64,000 bases of DNA from an uncultured Faecalicoccus sp. Lineage in GTDB: Bacteria; Bacillota_I; Bacilli_A; Erysipelotrichales; Erysipelotrichaceae. This document shows positions 7,309-17,662 of the stretch, one piece after another. The notes under the pieces are model-generated. The model worked only from the letters and a program-made list of their open reading frames with translations, was not told where the DNA came from and did not search any database. Where the stretch lies: assembly GCA_902497095.1 (NCBI GenBank), contig CABVDD010000001.1, forward strand, positions 54,311 through 118,310. The letters run 5' to 3'. Every line of letters begins with the position of its first letter. The first letter of the stretch is position 1. The translations under genes and the position numbers were made by a program.

Positions 7309-9483
7309 TTATAAATGAAGTACACGTTCTTTGATTTCTTGTGTACGTCCCTGATTCCAGAATTGTGTTCCAATGTAACCGCAGGTACGACGAGCTACAT
7401 TCATTTTTTCCTGATCGCGGTTTCCGCAGTTTGGACATTCCCAAACTAATTTATGATTTTCATCTTCTACGATTTGGATCTCACCAGTATAGCCACATTC
7501 TTGGCAATAGTCGCTCTTGGTATTTAGCTCAGCATACATAATGTTGTCATAGATATGTTGGATGACCGCAAGAACGGCTGGAATATTGTTTTCCATATTT
7601 GGTACTTCGACATAACTGATAGCACCACCTGGTGATAGTTTTTGGAATTGTGCTTCAAATGTTAATTTATCAAATGCATTGATTTCTTCGGTTACATGTA
7701 CGTGGTAGCTGTTTGTGATATAGTTTTTATCTGTAACTTTTGGAATGATTCCAAAACGGTCTTGTAGTTTTTTGGCGAATTTGTAAGTTGTAGATTCCAT
7801 TGGTGTTCCATATAATGAGAAGTCCATATTGTTTTCTTTTTTCCATTTAGCACAGGCATCGTTTAAATATTGCATAACTTTTAAACCAAAGCTTGTACCT
7901 GGCTCTTCTGTATGAGGAACACCGGTCATGTATTGTACGCACTCACAAAGTCCGGCATAACCTAAGGAAATGGTAGAATATCCGCCGTATAGAAGTTTAT
8001 CAATCGTTTCTCCTTTTTCCAAACGAGCCAAAGCGCCATTTTGCCATAAGATAGGAGCAACATCACTCGGTGTACCTTTTAAACGGTTGTGGCGACACAT
8101 TAATGCTCTGTAACAAAGATCCAGTCTTTCATCCATGATTTTCCAGAAGCGTTTTTCATCTCCTTTAGAAGAACATGCGACATCAACCAGATTGATCGTT
8201 ACGACACCTTGGTTAAAACGGCCGTAATATTTAGGTTTTCCATTTTCATCGACATATGGAGTTAAGAAAGAACGGCATCCCATACATGGATAACATTGTC
8301 CGTTTCCGTTTTGATCGACTTTTAATTGTTTCATCATTTTTTCAGAGATATAGTCTGGCACCATACGTTTTGCGGTACATTTGGCAGCTAACTCTGTTAA
8401 ATAATAATATTTACTTGTCTTATGAATATTGTCTTCTTCTAAAACGTAAATCAGTTTTGGGAAGGCTGGTGTGATCCAAACGCCTTTTTCGTTTTTTACA
8501 CCTTGCATTCTTTGTTTTAAGACTTCTTCTACGATCAAAGCTAAATCATCACGTGTCTGTCCTTCTTCAACTTCATCTAAGTACATGAAAACAGTAACGA
8601 ATGGGGCTTGTCCATTGGTTGTCATTAAGGTGATGACTTGATATTGGATCATTTGCACACCTTTTTCAATTTCACGACGAACACGCATTTCGGCGATTTG
8701 ATTGATTTTTTCTTCGTTAACTTCCATTTGCATGGCTTCAAATTCATCTTTAACTTCTTTACGTGCTTTTTCACGACTGATTTGCACGAATGGAGCTAAA
8801 TGCGATAATGTGATGCTTTGCCCTCCGTATTGAGAGCTTGCCACTTGAGCAATGATTTGTGTGGCAATATTACATGCGGTAGAGAAACTGTGTGGTTTTT
8901 CAATCATGGTTTCAGAAATAACAGTTCCATTTTGCAGCATGTCTTCCAAATTTACCAGGCAGCAGTTGTGCATATGTTGGGCAAAATAATCGGAATCATG
9001 GAAATGGATCAAACCTTGTTCATGAGCTTCAATGATATCTTGTGGCAATAAAAAACGCTTTGTGATATCTTTGGACACTTCACCGGCCATGTAATCGCGT
9101 TGTACGCTGTTTACTAATGGATTTTTGTTGGAGTTTTCTTGTTTAACTTCTTCGTTGTTTCTTTCCAACAAGCTTAAAATTTGTTGATCGGTAGAGTTTG
9201 CTTTACGAACTAAAGCTCTTTCATAACGATACGTAATATAGTTGTGAGCTACAGAATAATATTGTTCTTTCATGATAGCAGTCTCGACCATATCTTGAAT
9301 TTCTTCTACGCTAGGACTGCGTTTCATCGCTTCGCATTGGCCTTCCACCTGTTTGGCGATTTTTAAGATGGTGGCTTCGCTCATTTGAGAATGAGAGGTT
9401 GCTTTGTTGGCTTTTCGAATTGCATTTTCAATTTTCTGAACGTCAAAGATGACTTCTTCGCCGCTTCGTTTGATAACTTTCAT
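7309..9483 (-). CDS. nrdD: Anaerobic ribonucleoside-triphosphate reductase (class III RNR)
   Basis: 724 aa, N-terminal ATP-cone. C-terminal Zn ribbon CQECGY...CPNCG and glycyl-radical motif RRTCGYIG. Confidence 0.95.
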   Translation of the reverse strand: MKVIKRSGEEVIFDVQKIENAIRKANKATSHSQMSEATILKIAKQVEGQCEAMKRSPSVEEIQDMVETAIMKEQYYSVAHNYITYRYERALVRKANSTDQQILSLLERNNEEVKQENSNKNPLVNSVQRDYMAGEVSKDITKRFLLPQDIIEAHEQGLIHFHDSDYFAQHMHNCCLVNLEDMLQNGTVISETMIEKPHSFSTACNIATQIIAQVASSQYGGQSITLSHLAPFVQISREKARKEVKDEFEAMQMEVNEEKINQIAEMRVRREIEKGVQMIQYQVITLMTTNGQAPFVTVFMYLDEVEEGQTRDDLALIVEEVLKQRMQGVKNEKGVWITPAFPKLIYVLEEDNIHKTSKYYYLTELAAKCTAKRMVPDYISEKMMKQLKVDQNGNGQCYPCMGCRSFLTPYVDENGKPKYYGRFNQGVVTINLVDVACSSKGDEKRFWKIMDERLDLCYRALMCRHNRLKGTPSDVAPILWQNGALARLEKGETIDKLLYGGYSTISLGYAGLCECVQYMTGVPHTEEPGTSFGLKVMQYLNDACAKWKKENNMDFSLYGTPMESTTYKFAKKLQDRFGIIPKVTDKNYITNSYHVHVTEEINAFDKLTFEAQFQKLSPGGAISYVEVPNMENNIPAVLAVIQHIYDNIMYAELNTKSDYCQECGYTGEIQIVEDENHKLVWECPNCGNRDQEKMNVARRTCGYIGTQFWNQGRTQEIKERVLHL

Positions 9484-9684
9484 GATACATACTCCTTCTT
9501 TTTATTTTGAAATAGTTGAACATTCAACCATTTGTATTACGTGTACTTCTAGTATACCGACTTTACATAAAAAAACAAGGACTAAATCAAGGCCTTTTCG
9601 GACTCTTCCTTTAAGTAAAGGCGTTTTATACAAAAAAATTTAATTTTCTTAAAAAATACAAATTCAGAGAGATTTTTATAGAAT

Positions 9685-9705
9685 ATGTTCACAAAATATG
9701 AACAT
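9685..9705. promoter_or_regulatory. Palindromic candidate operator in the nrdD / hydrolase divergent intergenic region
   Basis: Perfect 7-bp arms ATGTTCA-N7-TGAACAT. The related palindrome GTTGAA-CA-TTCAAC at 9515-9528 shares the TGAACAT half-site. Confidence 0.3.
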
Positions 9706-9774
9706 GTATACACATTTTATTGACAAAAATGAAGTTTTGGCGCAAAATAATAGATATTTAATGAAGGGAGTACT

Positions 9775-10557
9775 ATGGAAAAATATGTAGAAATCACCAG
9801 TATGAATTATACCTTGCGTGGTATGATGCATCTTCCAGATGACATAGAAGGAAAGATCCCGTTTGTGATTTTGTTTCATGGATTTCAAGATGATCGTAAT
9901 GAAATTAATTTTGTACATACAGAATTATCTAGAAAACTCTGTGAAAAAGGAATTGGATCTGTACGATTTGATTTTGTGGGAAGTGGTGAAAGCGATGGCA
10001 CTTTTGAAGATATCACGGTATCTAAAGAGGTGCAAAATGGCTTAGATATCTTAGATTATGTGTATGCTTTGCCTTTTGTAGATACCAAGCGTATTGCCTT
10101 ACATGGATTGTCTCTAGGAGGATGTGTGGCAAGTATGGTTGCCGGTTTATCTGTTGATAAAGTTAAGGCGTTAAGTCTATGGTGTCCGGCTTTAGATCTT
10201 ATCTACAATATGCGTAAGAAAAATCTTTGTGGACAAGATGTATCGGATATAGAAGAAAAAGGATATGCAGATGTGGAAGGATTGCGTTTATCTGTTGATT
10301 TTTATAAAGATTGTCTTCAATTGGATCCTTATAAGGTAGCTGCTTGTTTTAATGGGCCTGTGAATTTAGTTCATGGCGATCAAGATATTACAGCTTCTTG
10401 TGATGTTTCCAAAAGGTTAAAAGAAATTTATGGAGATAAAGCGGATTTGTTGATCGTATCCGGAGCTGAACATCGTTTTACTTCTGTGAAATATCGAAAA
10501 GCCAGGATGGACAGTGCTTTAAGCTTTTTATGTCATGAGTTAATAGAAAGAGGATGA
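9775..10557 (+). CDS. Alpha/beta-fold hydrolase (esterase/lipase-like)
   Basis: 260 aa. Nucleophile elbow GLSLGG, HG oxyanion region ILFHGF, late D (HGDQD) and H (GAEHRF) of a catalytic triad. Confidence 0.75.
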   Translation: MEKYVEITSMNYTLRGMMHLPDDIEGKIPFVILFHGFQDDRNEINFVHTELSRKLCEKGIGSVRFDFVGSGESDGTFEDITVSKEVQNGLDILDYVYALPFVDTKRIALHGLSLGGCVASMVAGLSVDKVKALSLWCPALDLIYNMRKKNLCGQDVSDIEEKGYADVEGLRLSVDFYKDCLQLDPYKVAACFNGPVNLVHGDQDITASCDVSKRLKEIYGDKADLLIVSGAEHRFTSVKYRKARMDSALSFLCHELIERG

Positions 10558-11993
10558 GAGTTATGAAAAGAAATCGAAAAGAACCGACAACAGCATTTGC
10601 GCTAATTTCGTTTTTATTGATCATTGTGGTATTGGTCGTTTTGATCAATTTAGGAGTGAACACAACGATCTCTATTTTCTTAGGTGCCGTTGTTGCGGTA
10701 TGTATAGCGCTAAGTTTAGGAATTTCCTGGGATGAAATCGAAAAGACAATTAAAAATGTCATTGCGGATAGTACACCAACTTTTTTGATCGTATTGATGG
10801 TTGGTATGCTTGTAGGAATTTGGATGGCTTCTGGTACAGTTCCTGCTTTGATGTATTATGGAATGAAATTGATTTCTCCAACGATTCTGGTACCTCTGGC
10901 TTTTATCTTAAGTAGTGTAACTTCGATCTTTACGGGTACTTCCTTTGGCTCGGTAGCTACGATGGGGCTTGCCATGGTAGGTATTGCGATGACAACCGAT
11001 ATTTCTATTCCTTTAGTTGTAGGTGCTATTGTATCAGGTGCCTGGCTGGGAGATAAGATGTCACCTTTGTCGGATACGACCAATATGGCTAGTGGTGTTA
11101 GTAAAGTTCCTTTATACGATCATATTGGTTCCATGATGTATACGACTTTACCAGCTGCTTTGATTGCCATCATTTTATTCGCAATTGCCGGCTTTGCCTT
11201 TGGCGCTGGTTCTATGGATGCCAGTCAGTCACAATTGATCATGTCTACTTTGACAGAGCATTTTAATATGTCATTGATTTTGATTCTTCCGGCAATTTTG
11301 GTTTTATTAGTTTCTGTTTTTAAAATGCCTGCTATTTTAGGTATGGGGTTAACGGTTATGATCAGTGCTGTTTTCGCAATGATTTTTCAAGGCGTCGGAT
11401 TTGTGGATTTAATGAATTATGCATTTAATGGCTTTAGTATTGAAACAGGAGTATCTATTGTCGATCCTATGTTGAATCGTGGTGGAGTTACCAGTATGAT
11501 GGAACTTTTGGGCATCTTTATGATGGCTTCGGTCATGGGTGCTGTTATTACTTCTACAGGTATTTTAGATGTAATTGCGCGCAATGTGCTTTTAAAATTT
11601 ATCAAAAATCGTGTAGTTTTAGTATTTACAACATTGATTTATTGTTACGTTGTCAATTTCTTGGCAGCTGGTGGACAGATCGTTTCTATTATCGTCACAG
11701 AGCAAACTTTTGAAGAAGCATTTGATCGTATGGGTATTCATCGTAAGGTGTTATCTAGGACATTGGAAGATGCGGGAACTTTAAGTGCGCCGATCGTTCC
11801 TTGGGGTGTAGCTACTATTTATGTAATGAGCGTATTAAGTGTAGATGCATCCTATATTCCATATTGTTGGTTTATTTTCCTAGTGCCGGTTTTTTCGATC
11901 TTATGTTCGATCACGGGTATCGGTATGTGGAATTCTAAAGGTGAAAAAATGTGGGGTCGTCATAAAGCAGAGGCTACACCGCAAATTAAATAA
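10554..11993 (+). CDS. nhaC: Na+/H+ antiporter, NhaC family
   Basis: 479-aa polytopic membrane protein with NhaC-like sequence pattern. The start overlaps the upstream stop (ATGA). Confidence 0.7.
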   Translation: MRVMKRNRKEPTTAFALISFLLIIVVLVVLINLGVNTTISIFLGAVVAVCIALSLGISWDEIEKTIKNVIADSTPTFLIVLMVGMLVGIWMASGTVPALMYYGMKLISPTILVPLAFILSSVTSIFTGTSFGSVATMGLAMVGIAMTTDISIPLVVGAIVSGAWLGDKMSPLSDTTNMASGVSKVPLYDHIGSMMYTTLPAALIAIILFAIAGFAFGAGSMDASQSQLIMSTLTEHFNMSLILILPAILVLLVSVFKMPAILGMGLTVMISAVFAMIFQGVGFVDLMNYAFNGFSIETGVSIVDPMLNRGGVTSMMELLGIFMMASVMGAVITSTGILDVIARNVLLKFIKNRVVLVFTTLIYCYVVNFLAAGGQIVSIIVTEQTFEEAFDRMGIHRKVLSRTLEDAGTLSAPIVPWGVATIYVMSVLSVDASYIPYCWFIFLVPVFSILCSITGIGMWNSKGEKMWGRHKAEATPQIK

Positions 11994-12014
11994 GCGTCTT
12001 CGGGCGCTTTTTTG
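11993..12014 (+). terminator. Rho-independent terminator after nhaC
   Basis: AGCGTC-TTCG-GGCGCT hairpin followed by TTTTTT. Confidence 0.75.
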
Positions 12015-12058
12015 TTTAGGGTTGCGTTATAATAAAGGAAAGAAGGGAGGCATGAAAA

Positions 12059-12814
12059 ATGCGTCTGGAAGGTAAATCAATTGTAGTAACAGGAGCAAGT
12101 TCCGGTATGGGGAAAGCCATCGTAGAGTTATTTGTGAAAGAAGGAGCTTTAGTAGTTGCCGTAGCTCGAAGAAAAGAAAGATTAGAGGCTTTAAAAGAAA
12201 GTTTGAAAACACAGAAAGGACAAGTACTTATTTTTCAAGGAGATGTCTCCAGAAGAGAAGATAATGAAAAAATGATCGAATTAGCCGTTCAAAATTTTGG
12301 GAAATTGGATGTCCTGGTGAATAATGCGGGAGTCATGGATGATATGGCGGCTATAGGAGATGTTCAAGATGAAAAGTATGAACAAGTGATGAAGGTCAAT
12401 GTTTATGGACCGATGTGTGCTATGCGCAAAGCTATTTCTGTATTTAAAGAACAAGGATATGGCAACATCATTAATGTAGCCAGTGTTGGTGGTATGCGTA
12501 CAGCAGCCGGTGCTGTTTATTGTGCAAGTAAAGCTGCTTTGCTTGCGATGACAAGAAATACGGCATTTATGTATGTACCAGAGCACATTCGATGCAATGC
12601 AATTGCACCGGGAGGAATTCAGACAGAAATTGCCAGTTCGATGGGAATGCCAAATCAAAGTGGATATGCAAGAGTGCAAAAGGTTTTGGCAACAGCACCA
12701 CAGCCTGGAAAGCCAGAAGATATTGCCTCAGCAGCGCTGTTTCTGGCAAGTGATGATTCCCAATACATTAATGGCGATACATTAGTTGTAGATGGAGGAT
12801 GGATTGCCGGTTAG
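12059..12814 (+). CDS. Short-chain dehydrogenase/reductase (SDR) family oxidoreductase
   Basis: 251 aa. TGASSGMG cofactor motif, NNAG, catalytic YCASK. Confidence 0.85.
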   Translation: MRLEGKSIVVTGASSGMGKAIVELFVKEGALVVAVARRKERLEALKESLKTQKGQVLIFQGDVSRREDNEKMIELAVQNFGKLDVLVNNAGVMDDMAAIGDVQDEKYEQVMKVNVYGPMCAMRKAISVFKEQGYGNIINVASVGGMRTAAGAVYCASKAALLAMTRNTAFMYVPEHIRCNAIAPGGIQTEIASSMGMPNQSGYARVQKVLATAPQPGKPEDIASAALFLASDDSQYINGDTLVVDGGWIAG

Positions 12815-12884
12815 TCTGGGCATATTACATTGAATTTAACACGGGTTAGTGGTATATTTATGTCGATAAAATGGAGGAACAAAT

Positions 12885-14462
12885 ATGAATAAAAGACCTG
12901 TAATATTAGTGGTTATGGACGGTGTCGGAATCAATGCCAGTGAATTTGGAAATGCCGTTGCCTTAGCCAATAAACCTACTTTAGACAAATTATGGAAAGA
13001 ATGCCCTCATACACAATTGCGTGCGCATGGTTTGGCTGTTGGTTTGCCAAGCGATGGTGATATGGGAAACTCTGAAGTTGGTCATAATGCGATTGGATGC
13101 GGACAGATTTATTCTCAGGGTGCCAAGCTTGTAAACGAAAATATTGATACAAAAGAAATGTTTGAATCTAAAACTTGGAAAGAATTGGTTGAAAATGCTA
13201 AGGGACACACGATGCATTTCATCGGTCTTTTGAGTGATGGAAATGTACATTCTCATATCAATCATCTAAAAGCGTTAATTGAACAGGCCAAAAAAGAAGG
13301 AATTAAAGAAGTTCGTGTACATGCATTGCTTGATGGACGTGATGTACCAGAAACAAGTGCATTGACATATGTAGACGAAATTGAAGATTTCATGAACGGA
13401 CTTAACGATGATACATTCCATGCCTGCATTGCCAGCGGTGGTGGACGTATGCAAATTACTATGGACCGTTATGAAGCAAACTGGGGTATGGTTGAAAAAG
13501 GATGGCATATCCATGTATTAGGTGATGGCCGTCAGTTTGAAAATGCAACACAGGCTATTGAAACATATCGTAAAGAATTAGGTGTGATCGACCAGGATCT
13601 TCCAGGGTTTGTCATTGCCAAAGATGGTAAGCCGGTTGGAACGATTGAAGATGGTGACAGTGTAATCTTGTTTAACTTCCGAGGTGATCGTGCACAGGAA
13701 ATCTCTTTAGCTTTTGATACCGATGAAAGCTTTGATAAGTTTGATCGTGTACGTAAACCAAATGTAATGTATGCTGGAATGCTTCAATATGATGCTGATT
13801 TGGATATTCCGCATAAATATCTGACAGAACCACCAAAAATCAAATACACTTTGACAGAAGAATTATGTAAACATGGTATTAAAGAATATGCGATTTCTGA
13901 AACACAGAAATATGGACATGTAACATACTTCTGGAATGGAAACCGTTCTGAAAAATTTGATGAAGCTTTAGAAACTTATGTGGAGATTCCAAGTGATGTT
14001 ATTCCATTTGAACAACGTCCATGGATGAAATCTGCTGAAATTACAGATCATCTGATCGAAGCTATTGAAAGCCAACAATATGATTTCTTGCGTACTAACT
14101 ATCCAAATGGGGATATGGTAGGACATACAGGTAGTCTTCCAGCTACGATCATTGGTGTTGAATCTGTTGATTTAGCTTTGGCACGTTTGATTAAAGCAGT
14201 TGATAAAGTCAATGGTATCTTATTGGTAACAGCAGATCATGGAAATGCTGATGAAATGTATGACAAACCTAAAAAAGAGGGCGCTCCTATCAAAGCGAAA
14301 ACTTCTCATACATTAAATCGTGTACCATTTATCGTATATGGTGCTGATGTTGAATTAAAACAAGATGATTCTTTGGGATTGTCTAATATCGCCAGTACGG
14401 TAGCTGATTTCTTAGGTGTTGAACCAAATGAACATTGGAACGAATCTTTGTTGAAAAAGTAA
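12885..14462 (+). CDS. gpmI: 2,3-bisphosphoglycerate-independent phosphoglycerate mutase
   Basis: 525 aa. Motifs DGVG, MGNSEVGH, LLDGRDV and TADHGNAD are typical of iPGM. Confidence 0.9.
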   Translation: MNKRPVILVVMDGVGINASEFGNAVALANKPTLDKLWKECPHTQLRAHGLAVGLPSDGDMGNSEVGHNAIGCGQIYSQGAKLVNENIDTKEMFESKTWKELVENAKGHTMHFIGLLSDGNVHSHINHLKALIEQAKKEGIKEVRVHALLDGRDVPETSALTYVDEIEDFMNGLNDDTFHACIASGGGRMQITMDRYEANWGMVEKGWHIHVLGDGRQFENATQAIETYRKELGVIDQDLPGFVIAKDGKPVGTIEDGDSVILFNFRGDRAQEISLAFDTDESFDKFDRVRKPNVMYAGMLQYDADLDIPHKYLTEPPKIKYTLTEELCKHGIKEYAISETQKYGHVTYFWNGNRSEKFDEALETYVEIPSDVIPFEQRPWMKSAEITDHLIEAIESQQYDFLRTNYPNGDMVGHTGSLPATIIGVESVDLALARLIKAVDKVNGILLVTADHGNADEMYDKPKKEGAPIKAKTSHTLNRVPFIVYGADVELKQDDSLGLSNIASTVADFLGVEPNEHWNESLLKK

Positions 14463-14474
14463 AACAATGTTATA

Positions 14475-14506
14475 AAGGATCGAAGATGTTACTTTGATCC
14501 TTTTTT
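14475..14506 (+). terminator. Rho-independent terminator after gpmI
   Basis: Stem AAAGGATCGAAG / CTTTGATCCTTT (one G-U pair) plus a T-run. Confidence 0.75.
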
Positions 14507-14541
14507 ATATATGTGTGCTAGTGTTTGAGAAAGGTTAGAAG

Positions 14542-15543
14542 ATGAAAGCTTTTAAAAATTTGTTGTTGGTCATGCTCTTAGGTTTAAGTTGTATAGCATG
14601 TACCAAAGAAAATCCGCTCGATTTTTGGAAGATCACCTATGATCAAATTGAGAGCTATTTAAAGACAAATAGTAATATAGGTAAAAATTGGCATATTGGA
14701 TTACAGGGAAGAGACTTAGCTGTTTCTAAAGAAACGCCCGATGTGACAATTCGTGAATATGAAGATCAGTATGAATGCAGTTTGAGTTTTCAAATGGATT
14801 CAAACGATCAGCCATATATCGTATATCAATATACAACAGAAAGTGAAGCTGCTCTTGGTCGAACAAAGGAAAAATCTTTAGAGCTGAAATCAACAGATGC
14901 AGATTTTAAAGTGTATGATATGAAATATTCACAGACACTATTGGAAGATGGAAACTTTGTTTTGCAGGATACGGCAAGTGGAACATTGCGTATAGATAAG
15001 GATCAGATAGTAGAGTATGATGCCATTCCTCTTTTAAAAGAATCTATGACAAACTTAAATACGATGATAGAGAATATAGAAAAAACATTTGATATCGATT
15101 ATACAAAGACTTCTTTTGTAAATTTACCTGCTTTAGCGCAAAAAACAAATATTGAAGAAGTAGAAGACATTTCTCAAGAAACGGCGGATGGAAAGACGTA
15201 TTACAGTGCCCCTGAAATAAATGCGAAAGGCTTTTCTTTGGTAACATGTCTAGAGATCAGTAAAGAGAATCCGGAAGATGCAATTTTTTCAAAGTTTAAT
15301 GTAGAAAGACAAAGTAATGAGTTTTCGTATAACGTTCATTTAAATCAACTATCACAAGAAAATTGTTATGTACTTGAATTTCCATTTGATTCCGATTTTT
15401 CTTATATTGCATATATTGACAAAACAAATGCATACTTATATGATTCCTCAATGTCTATTGAACAGATGATAGAAGATATAAATCAAGGTGGATCGCAGGC
15501 ATCTGTTTTCTTATCAACAGAAAATGAGAGTTATAAAGAATAA
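14542..15543 (+). CDS. Probable lipoprotein of unknown function
   Basis: 333 aa. N-terminal signal peptide ending in a lipobox-like LLGLSC. No recognisable catalytic motif. Confidence 0.55.
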   Translation: MKAFKNLLLVMLLGLSCIACTKENPLDFWKITYDQIESYLKTNSNIGKNWHIGLQGRDLAVSKETPDVTIREYEDQYECSLSFQMDSNDQPYIVYQYTTESEAALGRTKEKSLELKSTDADFKVYDMKYSQTLLEDGNFVLQDTASGTLRIDKDQIVEYDAIPLLKESMTNLNTMIENIEKTFDIDYTKTSFVNLPALAQKTNIEEVEDISQETADGKTYYSAPEINAKGFSLVTCLEISKENPEDAIFSKFNVERQSNEFSYNVHLNQLSQENCYVLEFPFDSDFSYIAYIDKTNAYLYDSSMSIEQMIEDINQGGSQASVFLSTENESYKE

Positions 15544-15616
15544 TTAGAATCGTAATTATATAAAATGTGAAACCCTTTTTTGTATGGTAAAATCAAATAT
15601 AAAGGGGGAGTGTTTC

Positions 15617-16888
15617 ATGGAATTTACAGAATTGACACAAGAAGAATTTGATTCATTTGCCATTACGCATCCATTATGTAATTTTTGGCAAACTTCAAAT
15701 ATGGCTAAAATGCGTGAAGCAAAAGGATTTTCAACGTATTATGTTGGTATAAAGGATGAGAGTGGAAACGTGATAGCAGGATCTATGTTATCCGTACTTC
15801 CTATTTTTATGAAAGGTACATTGGTTCAAGCACTAAGGGGACCGCTCTTGGACTATAAAGATGAAAAACAAGTGGTGTTTTTTCATGAGCATTTGATTGA
15901 ATTTTTAAAGAAAAGACATTGTATTTATTTACATATAGATCCTTATGTACCCTATGTACCTCATGATTTAGATGGAAATGTCATAAAAGGTGATTTTGAT
16001 AATCGGGATGTAGTTTCTTTACTAAAGAAATTAGGATACAAACATGAAGGTTTTACAAAAGGTATAGATTTAAGCAGAGAACCAAGATGGATCTATACGA
16101 TTCCATTAAAGAATAAAACACCTGAAGAATTATTGAAACAGTTTGAAAGAAAAACGCTACGAAGTATAAAAAAGGCACAAAAATATAATGTGCAGGTTCA
16201 TGAGCTTTCTCGAGATCAAATTGATGTTTATGAAAAAGTGTTAAAACAAACAGGAGAGCGCAGGGGTTTTCAAGGACGGGATGATGAATATCATCATCGT
16301 TTATATGATGCGTTTCATGATGCAGGATATGTAAAATTTTTAAATGCGACAATAGATTTAGAGGATTATAAAAAAGATTTAAAACGAGATCTTCAAAAAC
16401 AGGAAGAAATTGTAGAAACTTCAAGAAAACGTTTGGAAAAACAGGAAAGTCCTAAAATTCAAAAGAAAATGGATTTGGCCCAAGAACAAGTTGACCAGTT
16501 GAAAAAGAAACTGGAAGAAGCGGATCAAATGATTCAGGAAGATGGTCAGATCTTGGATTTAGCAAGCGGTATTTTCTTTACTTATGGTAAAGAAGTGTTA
16601 TGTCTGATGAGTGGTGTATATGAAAAGTATATGCGATTTGCAGCTCCGTATGCGATGCATTGGAAGATGATGAATTATTGTATAGAGCATGATATCGATC
16701 GATACAATTTGTATGGCACCAGTGGTATTTTTGATGAAAGTGCTCCGGATTATGGAGTTTATTTGTTCAAAAAAGGTTTTCAAGGCGAAGTGGTAGAATT
16801 AATTGGAGATTTTGAATATATCGTAGATCCGAAAAAATATAAATTATATAACACATTGAGAAAAATTAAGCATAGTTTACAGAAATAG
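15617..16888 (+). CDS. FemAB-family peptidoglycan interpeptide-bridge aminoacyltransferase (paralog 1)
   Basis: FemA/FemX/MurM-like two GNAT-fold halves separated by a charged coiled-coil insertion (KKDLKRDLQKQEEIVETSRKRLEKQ...). ATG 15617 has SD GGGGGAG; the track ORF starts at 15584. Confidence 0.8.
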   Translation: MEFTELTQEEFDSFAITHPLCNFWQTSNMAKMREAKGFSTYYVGIKDESGNVIAGSMLSVLPIFMKGTLVQALRGPLLDYKDEKQVVFFHEHLIEFLKKRHCIYLHIDPYVPYVPHDLDGNVIKGDFDNRDVVSLLKKLGYKHEGFTKGIDLSREPRWIYTIPLKNKTPEELLKQFERKTLRSIKKAQKYNVQVHELSRDQIDVYEKVLKQTGERRGFQGRDDEYHHRLYDAFHDAGYVKFLNATIDLEDYKKDLKRDLQKQEEIVETSRKRLEKQESPKIQKKMDLAQEQVDQLKKKLEEADQMIQEDGQILDLASGIFFTYGKEVLCLMSGVYEKYMRFAAPYAMHWKMMNYCIEHDIDRYNLYGTSGIFDESAPDYGVYLFKKGFQGEVVELIGDFEYIVDPKKYKLYNTLRKIKHSLQK

Positions 16889-16975
16889 AAGCAGAGTTTA
16901 CATGATTTTTACTTTAGCCCTCTTGTGTTTATGATAAAATGAAAAAGAATATCAGCAGGAAAAGGGGAATGTAAA

Positions 16976-17662
16976 TTGACTCGTATATGTATCGTAGAAG
17001 ATGATGAAAGTATTCGTCAATTATTAAAATTAACGTTAGAAAATTTTCAATATGAAATTGTTGATTTTGACAATGGAGCGGATGCGCATGAATATTTATT
17101 GGATCATAAAGTTGATCTTGCGATATTAGATTTGATGTTGCCGCGCATGAATGGATATGAAATTTTAAAGCAGATGCGACAAAAAAAGCTGAATAAAGAA
17201 ACGCCGGTCATTATTTTAAGTGCCAAGGATCAGGAAGTAGATAAAATAATGGGTCTTGATCTGGGAGCAGATGATTACATGACCAAGCCTTTTAGTGTTT
17301 TAGAGTTGGCAGCTCGCATTCGTACTTTGCTTAGAAGAACCAAAAAAGATTCAGATGTCATTGAAGAAGGTATTTTACGAATTGATGTGGATCAAAGAAT
17401 CGTGCATGTAGAAAATCAAGTTATTGAGCTTACTTTTAAAGAATTTGAGCTTTTAAAGTATTTAGCATCAAATGCCGGTAGAGCGATTTCACGAGAAGAA
17501 TTGTTGAATCAAGTTTGGGGTTATGACTTTGTTGGAGAAACGAGAACTTTGGATGTTCATATCAATTCTTTGCGAAAAAAATTAGGCCCCATCGGACGTA
17601 ATTACATAAAGTCTGTTCGTCAGTTAGGTTATCGTTTTAGCACGGGTGATTCTAATGCGTAA
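16976..17662 (+). CDS. OmpR/PhoB-family response regulator
   Basis: Receiver domain (DD...D at LAILDLMLP, K in MTKPF) plus winged-helix output (LDVHINSLRKKL). TTG start with SD AAGGGGA. Confidence 0.9.
   Translation: MTRICIVEDDESIRQLLKLTLENFQYEIVDFDNGADAHEYLLDHKVDLAILDLMLPRMNGYEILKQMRQKKLNKETPVIILSAKDQEVDKIMGLDLGADDYMTKPFSVLELAARIRTLLRRTKKDSDVIEEGILRIDVDQRIVHVENQVIELTFKEFELLKYLASNAGRAISREELLNQVWGYDFVGETRTLDVHINSLRKKLGPIGRNYIKSVRQLGYRFSTGDSNA

Noticed and set aside
9677-9712. An NrdR box or Rex box assignment for the nrdD upstream palindromes.
   Set aside because: Comparison with the 16-bp NrdR consensus (ACACnAnATATnTnGTGT type) gives only partial matches. There is no pair of boxes at about 31-32 bp phasing. 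For Rex, only the TTCACAA half fits. It is kept as an unassigned palindrome.
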